Source: Octopus sinensis
Taxonomy: Eukaryota
Direction of reading: 5' to 3'
Length of the DNA stretch: 64,000 nucleotides
NCBI RefSeq assembly: GCF_006345805.1
Contig: NC_043013.1
Span: forward strand, 39,928,001 to 39,992,000
Position numbers and translations under genes: made by a program. Under the pieces are notes generated by a model. It was given only the letters and a program-made list of their open reading frames with translations. It did not search any database and had not been told where the DNA came from. Of the stretch, positions 54,750-64,000 are shown in pieces. Within the stretch, counting starts at the first letter, position 1. Each line of letters begins with the position of its first letter.

Positions 54750-55722
54750 TGAAATGTCCTGCCCATTATGCCCCAGAGGTTTTCTTTACGGTTCATATCT
54801 AGTGACTGGATTAGCTATGGAAGCTTTCTAATGCCATTCTTTTCAAACAAATCTTGGGTCATTTTAACCGTGTGAAAAGGAATCCCATCTTCCATAAATA
54901 GGGAGTCTACTTTAATCATTTCACCACTGGAGAAGTTTGGAAGGAGTCCTTTCTGCTATATACGCACATATTTACTTGAGTTTATCTTTCCTTCACACTC
55001 CACCAGCTCTGATCAACCATTGCTCCAAATTGTTCGCCAGACCATCACAGAATAGCTGCCGTGTTTCATTGTTGGTTGTAATCTTTTCACATCAAATTCT
55101 TGATCACAGAGTCTCCAGACCTACACTCGACCACTGTTAGGAAATACAGCAAATCTGGACTCATCAGATAATTTGACAGTGTCCCAAAATGCTAATGGCC
55201 TCTCCACCATCTCACTGGCCCAATCTTTTCTCCTCTTCATATTGGCTTCCTTCTTTCAGCTCTGCCATACTAACCAAGTTTGTGGAGATACCTGACAACT
55301 GCTCTGGGACTGACATCAACTTGCTCTGCATTGTCAAAGGTCTTGCAACGAGAATTATCCTCCACACTTCTCTTAGCAAAGAGAATGGTCCAGTCAGATG
55401 GCCCTGGTTGATCTGGACAAGGTGATGTCAACTCCTTCCCCTCTTTGGTGAATTGCACAATCACTCTATTAACTGTAGAAAGCAGGATCCCAAGGTTTTC
55501 TGCGATTTTACGCTGACTATATCCACCTTCAGAATGACCCACGATATGGCCTTTTTGAAATTCAGACAGTTCCAAGGCTTCTTTTGTACATGGCATGATT
55601 AAACAGTCACATATAGAATCTGAAACATAAAAATGTCACTTAATAAGAAATATAAGCCTTTACAAGTTAGAATAAACAGAAAACAATGTTTTATGGGTTG
55701 TCTATTTACTTCTAACTTGTGT
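54750..55722 (-). mobile_element. Tc1-family transposon relic, transposase pseudogene
   Basis: HTH N-terminus [28 protein letters not shown]; SDESRF; [11 protein letters not shown]; FMEDG..H; LDMN..ENLWG (DDE triad); stops and frameshifts; one terminus at about 55720. Confidence 0.85.
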
Positions 55723-56183
55723 GTGTATATGTATATACGTTTATGTAGCTATGTGTGCATGCATGTTTTGTACGTGTATATATAATATATATTACTTATA
55801 TATTCATATATATGTGGATGTAGGTATGTGCGTGTGTCTGCGTGTGTGTATGTGTGTGTGTGTGTGTGTGTGTACATACGGGAAGGAGGCTTTTGATTCA
55901 CTACCTAGCTACAGAAGTGTTATCTCTACGTGCCATTGTTTAGGCAACAGAAGATTAATACGCTCTGCTCTACTCTACATCCTGTATTGAGTACTTTTCC
56001 TTGTCCTACCGTACATACTACACACACACACACACACTCATGCATAGATTGTTGAGAAACGTATAAAAGAACACTCGACATGTCATTTTGTTTAAATATT
56101 TGTATTAACTGCTGAGTCATACAATTCTGAGTCAATGTTCATTACATGTATATTTGTATATATGTATATATATATATAATATA

Positions 56184-56238
<55 letters not shown>

Positions 56239-56365
56239 CTATGTATCCTTGTATGTATGTATGTATGTACGTGTGCGTGTATATAAGGAGGTATGTATGC
56301 ATATAGTATTCATATATGTATGTATGTAATATGTATGTATATGCACACATGTACATCTATATATG

Positions 56366-56409
<44 letters not shown>

Positions 56410-57046
56410 TATATATATGTATAATCTTTATATAGATAGATAGATAGACAGACAGGCTGACAGATAGATATAAATGTATACATATATATATATATGTGCG
56501 TGTGTGTGTATATACACATATGTCCATTTACATACACACACACAGATATACATACATATATATAAATATATATACATGTATGCATGCATGTATGTATGTG
56601 TTTGCATATCCATTTGTTTTCTCAAACTTTTGCAACTGATCTTCGTAGTTGTTTAAACGTTGTTCCAATATTGATCGTGAAGGTTGATGTGGCAGCTCCG
56701 TACTCCCTAATTTATAGCCTGTTATATGACAGAATTAGTAAACCAGACGCAATCTGTTATATTTTACACTATTATGTCTAATGTTATATACATACCAAGA
56801 ACCAATTAATGATTCCTTCCGTTTCTTTCTCAGAGTTTCAAGTACGTGTATTCGTACACAAATTCTTCATTTCGGCAGTATTTGTTGAAGGAATTACTAT
56901 GCTGTCAAAGCGACGGCTAAAAATATTTTCAATGATAAAGGTAGGTCAGGTTATTGAATATATATGAAACCAGGAATACTGATGTTCTTACAGGGCCGTA
57001 TTAAGACCCATAGTGATCCTAATCACTTAAAAGCTTTAGTGCCCCC

Positions 57047-57088
<42 letters not shown>

Positions 57089-57183
57089 GGGAAGCTTTAT
57101 GAAAATAAACAAAATACGAAGGCAGGTGGAGTACAAACAAACAATAGTATTAGTATGGCGCTCAGGAATATAAATAAAACAAG

Positions 57184-57221
57184 TCTTTTACGTTTCGAGC
57201 CTACGCTCTTCAACAGAAAGA
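57184..57221 (-). ncRNA. Minimal hammerhead motif with A6 to U core variant
   Basis: Minus strand TCTTT-CTGTTGA-a-GAGC(gtag)GCTC-GAAA-CGT-A-AAAGA: 5-bp stem I, 4-bp stem II, ACGT palindrome. Confidence 0.5.
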
Positions 57222-57316
57222 TACACAGAAAAGAAACACGGAGAGAAACAAGGAGAGAAAAAAAATGCGTGCAGAAGCTAGCGATTCAACATGGCATATA
57301 TATATATATATATATT

Positions 57317-58095
57317 ATGGCTCGCAAAAAACCGATAATTCCCAAAACCGAGTTCAAGTATAAGTAATTCTCAAAACCGGTTAAAAACCTGTTTTCGCGG
57401 GTACTACTTAAGAAGAGTGGTCCCGGTGCGCGCACTCGCGCATCCGCGCTAGCTAGTCGTGACTAGTCGATCCTTACTTTGTGTTTTTGTGCTTTATTTA
57501 CTTTGTTTTAAAAAAATTATTTACTTTGTGTAAAAAAAATTATTTATTTTGTGTTTTATTTACTTTGCTAGGTAGTCGTTGTAGGATCGACTAGTCACGA
57601 CTAGCTAGAGCGGATGCGCGAGTACGCGAGTGCGTGCACCGGGATCACTCTTCTTAAATAGTACCGGAATTCTTTAGAGATTTCAAATCCATCTTTTACC
57701 ATCTTGGGCTCTTCATTCATTTTCTTCATTGCGCTTGTGTATTCACGAATGAGTCGATTACCTTCATAAGTAGATGAGATAACAGTAACACTTGTTTTTA
57801 GGTTCCCTCCTATTTTATTTTCTTTGTATAATTCTGTTGTGTTCTCAGCGTCATGTTCACGAAATAATCTCCTATATGTTTGTTCAGCATACTTCATTAA
57901 ATGTTGTTTCGTTAAAAAATAGAAAAGGTCCAGAAATTGATTCACCTTTATATTTCCTTGCATTATGTAAATACCTCAAGAGAGTCAAGGATTCGACATT
58001 TCTTCTCTTATTATATCTATGCATAAGTCTTTCACGAAGATTTAGAGCCAAAGGGTTGCCGACGATATTAAGTTTATTCAATAAAAATTCTATAG
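57317..58095 (-). mobile_element. Putative hAT-like DNA transposon end with transposase C-terminal remnant
   Basis: Repeated aaaaccg subterminal motifs (57325-57385); minus frames NPLALNLRERLMHRYNKRRNVESLTLLRYLHN and KYAEQTYRRLF; cut by a Helitron at 58100. Family call is tentative. Confidence 0.4.
57400..57665. repeat. GC-rich about 75-bp inverted repeat (57400-57474 / 57583-57665) around a T-rich spacer
   Basis: ggtactacttaagaagagtggtcccggtgc...ctagtcgatcct vs aggatcgactag...gcaccgggatcactcttcttaaatagtacc. Confidence 0.9.
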
Positions 58096-58099
58096 AATA

Positions 58100-59409
58100 C
58101 TAGCAGAGATACCCGGCGTTGCCCGGTTACATTCAATTGAAGAATTAGACTTTTCTGTTGTATTTTCTGTAATGAACTGGAATATCTATGTTTCGAATTT
58201 CATCAAAATTGCAGATGAGGGTTATTTCCCTCTTTACACACCCTAAAAAATTGTAATCGTGCCACATGTATCCCATACTACTGATTTTTATGCGCATATT
58301 CCAAAAGTCCAGTCTTATTGAACCTGTTAAAAAGATTTTGCTCCTGAAAAATGAAGGTCATGGAGCTTTAAAATGTGAGAGTTAAGGCCCCTATTGGGGG
58401 TGGGCATCTTAATGTCAACCAGAGAAGTTGAATTATTGAAAATCTTTTTAACTTGGGTCTTATATCTATTGTTTGAATTTCTTTCAAATAGGAAATATAT
58501 GTTCACTGGGTTTGTAAAAGAGAGCAAAGCTACAGGAAACCAAAAGACGAATGATCACAATAAGCAGTCAGCTACAGTACCCTAGTCGTTACCACTCCCA
58601 ATGTAGGATTCCTCACCATCCAGGTGATAGGCACAGCCGTAAGATGCATTACGAATATATAGCAATTGGAAGGGCGTGACCCAACTGAAATAAACATTAA
58701 CAACTGGGTGACGTGAGGGCTAAGGAGAAATGAAAGCTGGAGTTTGCAAATGACCACTATACTGATACGTAACTGGACAGAATAAATTTAAAATCTATAA
58801 ATGTCTTTGAATAACTAGTCACTCATCTGGGAAGGCCTTGAAATCAATGTTACCATCTGGGGACTATGTGTGACCGAGTGATAATAAAAAGACTGAAAGG
58901 AGATCTGCAATCAAATAACTTTACTCAACACTTTGCAACTGAATCAGTGGAGGCAAAGATGCCTCTCATTAACTTGACAATTTATGCAGCACATTGCAGA
59001 AAATCACAATGTAAGTGTATGTCAAAGCAAACTGTTACACTGTTGTACCATTGAATTACAAATAATGTCCAACTTTTATGCTCCGGTAACCCTACAGCTT
59101 CCAAGAGCACAACTGTATTCGTTTTTGCTTTGATAAAATGACAAAATTGTGGGTGTTAAGTCCCCATGGAGGGGTCTTTCTAACTTTGTAAGGAGATGAA
59201 ATTTTATAAATATTACTTCATTTGTGTCTAATATCTATGGTTAAAATTTCATCAACAGCAAAAATATATGAATTGTCATGGGGGTTATGGCCTTTATGTA
59301 TATAATATAATTTCCAAATTTCATAAAGATCCATTCAGTACTTTTGACCTAGTTTTGGATCATAAAAGAAATTACTAAAATTTGGGAGTTAAGGCTCCCA
59401 TTAGGGTGT

Positions 59410-59425
<16 letters not shown>
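58100..59425 (-). mobile_element. Non-autonomous Helitron
   Basis: Minus-strand 3' end accgggcaacgccgggtatctctg-CTAG|T like 16190-16219; probable 5' TC at about 59425 (less certain). Confidence 0.6.
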
Positions 59426-59440
<15 letters not shown>

Positions 59441-59441
59441 A

Positions 59442-59504
<63 letters not shown>

Positions 59505-59829
59505 GATAAATTGAGAGATACAACTGAGTGTGCAAACAAAAATATGAGACACAGCCTAGTGCTTTTTTATGTTGATAAGCCTAGTACATATTCTATTAGT
59601 TTGTTCTTGTGAAACCAGTAAGTTATGTGGATGTAAATAAATGAACAGCAGTTGTGAATCAGTGATGAGGGCAAAACACAGACACAAAGACACACACATA
59701 CGCTTACATATATACATACATAGATATACGATTGATTTGTTTCAGTTCCTGTCTACGAAATCCATATATATTGTTGTTGGCATCCTTTTTGTCTCGGAAG
59801 ACAATGGAGTTGCGCATAAAATAATCTAG

Positions 59830-61716
59830 TCCGGCTTTTACATTTCATGTCCTAATACATCTCCTGCTGTGGCTGTGTACTCCTATCCTGTACAAACACT
59901 CCCTCTGGGAGGTGCCGCAAATGTAGCGAAGATTTTGCCTGGCTGGTTGTAATGTCATTTCTTGTTGACGTATTTTCTTGTCTTTCCATTTCTCCTCTCT
60001 CTCTATGTCACTCCTTTGTGTTCCCTCTTTTACGGTACGTCGCCAATCTCCACGGTTGCTGGCAACTGCTTCCCAGTTGCTAATATTGATGTTGCAGGCA
60101 TTCATGTCCCTTTTGCAAACATCCTTGTATCGTAAGAACGGTCTTCCCACAGACCTAGTGCCCCTAGCAAGCTCTCCGTTGAGTATGTCCTTGGGGATTC
60201 TGCCATCTTCCATACGGCTAACATGTCCAAGCCATCTCATACGTCTTTGTGTGAGGAATGCAAACATGCTTGGTATTCCTGCTTGCTTGAGGACATCTTT
60301 GTTGGAGACATGATCCTGCCATTTGATGCGAAGGATTTTCCGGAGGCAGCGCAAGTGAAAGATATTTAGGCGACGTATGGCGTGTGTATGGCGTGCAAGT
60401 CTCACTTCCATACAGTAGAGTGCTAAGTACGCATGCCTGGTAAATCTTCATTTTTGTGGTCTTGGTCAGCTTATTGTTGTCCCATGCCCGTTTGGAGAGT
60501 TGAGCCATCACAGCAGCTGCCTTGCCAATGCGTATATTGAGCTCAGCGTCAAGGGATAGGTCGTAGGTGACGGTAGAGCCAAGATAGGTAAACTTCTCCA
60601 CCTCCTGTGGTCTGTGGTCTCCAATATGTATGTTTGGGATGCCCGATGTAGCCTGACCCATGTTGTTGGTCTTCTTGGGGCTGATAACTAAGCCAAAGTT
60701 GCCACATGCTTGCTCAAAACAGTTGATGAGCCTTTGTAGGGCTTCTTCTGTGTGTGATACCAGAGCGGCATCATCAGCAAATAGATTCTCCTTGATCAGG
60801 ACGCTTCTGATTTTGGTCTTGGCACGCAGACGCGAGAGATTGAACAGTTTCCCATCACTTCTACTGTGCAGAAACACTCCATCATCTGATGTCTCGAAGG
60901 CATGTGACAGCAACAGCGAGAAGATGCCAAATAATGTAGGAGTAAGGACACAACCTTGCTTTACCCCGTTTTTTATTTGGAAGCCGGCTGATGTTGAACC
61001 ATTGTGCTGTATGGTGTCTTGCATATCATCATGGAAAGATTTGATGATCCTCAGCAGCTTTGGTGGACATCCGATTTTTTGGAGCAGGATGAAGAGGCCT
61101 TTTCTACTTACCAAGTCAAAGGCCATTGTCCGATCAATGAAGGCCATATATAATGGCAGTTTTTGCTCTCTGGACTTCTCCTGAAGTTGGCGTATGGAGA
61201 ATATCATGTCAGTAGTTGATCTGCTTCTTCTAAAGCCACACTGCGATTCTGGATAAATTCGAGAAGCAAGTAGTTGTAGCCTGGACAAGATAAAGTGAGC
61301 AAAGGCCTTTCCAACAGTGCTTAGAAGAGATATTCCACGGTAATTGTTACAATCACCACGGTCACCTTTGTTTTTGTAAAGCGCAATGATGTTAGCATCC
61401 CTCTTCTCAGCACTGACACAGAAGATCATGAAGGTGCCGAAGCAGGATGGTGTTTTTGCCGGTTTTGATGATCTCTAAGGGGATGTCGTCGTTTCCTGGA
61501 GCCTTGTTACTTGCTAGGGAGTCAATAGCCTTGGTGAGCTCTGCTATAGATGGCAGACTGTCAAGTTCACACATGACTGGCAAGATCTTGACACTCTCGA
61601 TTACAGCCTCACTACCGTGGTCCCCCTGAGTACAGATCCGGGTAGTACTCCACCCATCTATCCATTTGCTTGTTTTGGTCCTTGATGAGATCTCCAGTAG
61701 TTGATTTCAGAGGTGC
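59830..61716 (-). mobile_element. 5'-truncated RTE-clade LINE (complete RT and C-terminus, a few frameshifts)
   Basis: KAPGNDDIP; LYKNKGDRGDCNNYRGISLLS; PESQCGFR..RSTTDMIF; GVKQGCVL; LFADDAAL; FTYLGS; LLYGSE; RWLGHVSRMEDGRIPKDIL. Confidence 0.95.
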
Positions 61717-61759
61717 TGACTTTTTTTACGAACGCTATTTTTTGAGAACGGCGAGGGAA

Positions 61760-62160
61760 CAACAGATGTTCGTAAAAAATTTTATCTCGTTCGGCTTAAC
61801 AGCCTTTCTTGTTTGTGTTAATGTTATTCTCCTTGTCCTGTCTTTTACTGCTTATATTTTGTACTGTCGTTACTGTCCTGTTTTTGTTACCATTTTTACC
61901 CCTCCGCAAAAAAATCTCAAATTTATTTAATATGATTTTCGCGGGAAGGATTGTTTCATTAAAGTCATATATCGCCTTGACCTTCGAAACGTGGAGTAGA
62001 TGAAACAAAGGCGACTGAAGAAGGGGAATTTTCCTTGTTTTGCATGTCCTGTACTCTATTTTTTCGTTGTTTAAGAAAAATGTCCATTTCCTTGGTTTTA
62101 TGTTTATGTTTTCGTTTCTCATTGTGTTCGACGTTTTTTTTTTATGTCCTGTACCCATAT
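61760..62160 (+). mobile_element. Penelope-like terminal fragment (family P1)
   Basis: Homologous to 790-1095; ends atgtcctgtaccc before (TA)n. Confidence 0.45.
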
Positions 62161-62296
62161 ATGCATGTATATATACATGTAGAGGTAGGTACGTACATAT
62201 ATGTATGTATATATGCATATGTTTATTTATTTATTAATTTTTTATGTATGTATATATATATATATTCATATATATATATATATATATCATATATAT

Positions 62297-62354
<58 letters not shown>

Positions 62355-62389
62355 ATATATATGTATATGTATATATATGTATATATGTA

Positions 62390-62445
<56 letters not shown>

Positions 62446-62581
62446 TAAGTATATATATATATTACATATGAATGTATGCACACACACATACGCACGTGCA
62501 TATTGCATTACTTTATCGTTCGCACAACAATCGTTTTGGATCCAGTTCTCCTTCAGGTGGAGGCAGGCCGCTGTGTGAACC

Positions 62582-62612
<31 letters not shown>

Positions 62613-62661
62613 GATAGACAGACAGATTCACGTGTATATATATGTATGGGTATATACATAC

Positions 62662-62697
<36 letters not shown>

Positions 62698-63229
62698 ATC
62701 TATGTATATAGCTATATCTATATATTTATGCATGTATGTATATATATGTATATATATATATATGCACACACATAAGAGTGTTTATGAAGCTAACTGTAAG
62801 TATGTCAGTGAACCGCAATAATCTGTGAATTTGCATTTTGCTAATTCAAACTATGTTGCACAACATCTCCGTTGTACACACATCTAAGAAATGCGTGGCT
62901 ATCACGGCATGACGTAACAATCCTGGAAAACAGATATATTTTATGCTTCATAGCCTTCCATTTACATAGCAAAAACAGCATCATTCCACTCTACCTTGTT
63001 TCTAGTAACGCTATTACAACGTCATACCTGACGTCTTTCTTTCATGTCTCTGTCGCGCGAGCGTGTGTGTGCGTGTGTGTGTGTGGCAAGGACGAGAGCG
63101 CAGATGTGATGATGCAGGTAATCGATTCTCTATACGTAATCAAAGGTATCAGTCGATGTGTGATTAGAGTTCTATCGATTTCACGAGGAAGTAGAGCTGT
63201 GACGTTCGTAAATAAAACAAAATAAAATG

Positions 63230-63395
63230 CTTTGCCGTGTTGTTTGATTGCGGCTCTTCATGTTCCGGGTTCAAATCTTGAAAAGGTTGAGTTCACCTCG
63301 TCTTTCGATTGACGTCGATAACATGGCGTATCAGACAAGTATTGGGGTCGAGTTGATCGATTATACACCTAACCTCCCACCAAAATTTGCTGCGA
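63230..63395 (+). mobile_element. Degenerate SINE family B
   Basis: ggttcaaatc...tttcgattgacgtcgataa...ggggtcgagttgatcgat. Confidence 0.55.
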
Positions 63396-63659
63396 TGATA
63401 GCAATGTATGTATGTATGTATGTATGTATGTATGTATGTATGTATGTATGTATGTATGTATGTATGTATGTATATGTGTGTGTATGTATGTATGTGTGTA
63501 TGTATGTATGTATGAACGTATGTATGCGCCTGTATGAATGTATGTATGTATGCATGTATGCATGTATCTATGAACGTATGTATGTATGAATGTATGTATG
63601 AATGCATGCATGTATGTATATAAGTATATATGTATGTGTATATATATATTTATATACGC

Positions 63660-64000
63660 GCAGACGTGGCTGCGCGGTAAGTAGCTTGCTTACCAGCAAC
63701 ATGGTTCCGGGTTTAGTCCCACTGCGTGGCACCTATAGTCTTCTGCTATAGCCTCGGGCCGAACAAAGTCTTGTGAGTGGATTTTGTAGACGGAAACTGA
63801 AAGAAGCCCGTCGTATATGTATGTGTGTGTGTGTGTGTGTGTCTGTATGTTTTTTGTCTGTGTTTGTCCTCCCACCATCACTTGACAACCGATGTTGGTG
63901 TGTTTACGACCCTTAACTGAGGGGTACGGCAAAATAGACCGATAGAATAAGTACTAGGCTTACAAAGAATAAGTCCTGGGGCCGATTTGTTCGACTAAAG
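63660..64000 (+). mobile_element. SINE family A, running off the window end
   Basis: Head gtggctgcgcggtaagtagcttgcttacc...ggtttagtccc, core and tail. Confidence 0.85.

Overview
Eukaryotic, AT-rich, extremely repeat-dense genomic DNA with one 100-N assembly gap (3541-3640). The density of (TA)n/(CA)n/(TATG)n/(GATA)n/(AAT)n microsatellites and the recurring tRNA-derived SINE families suggest an octopod cephalopod; this is inference, not a database result. Almost every ORF in the supplied track is a translated microsatellite or SINE. Recognisable coding remnants are all transposon-derived: an RTE-clade LINE (59830-61716, -), a Hero-like RLE LINE split by a SINE (26520-28705), R4/Dong-like fragments, a CR1-like 3' end, two Penelope GIY-YIG fragments, Tc1 and mariner relics, a hAT-like end, non-autonomous Helitrons and MITEs. 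No host gene, rRNA, true tRNA or CRISPR array could be firmly identified. The most notable signals are (i) several minimal hammerhead-ribozyme motifs, some with core variants, next to Penelope fragments arranged as inverted repeats, (ii) a 1.53-kb tandem duplication, (iii) rearranged LINEs, and (iv) a speculative phase-compatible chain of small minus-strand exons. Element boundaries are approximate (about +/-10-30 bp) unless terminal motifs are quoted.
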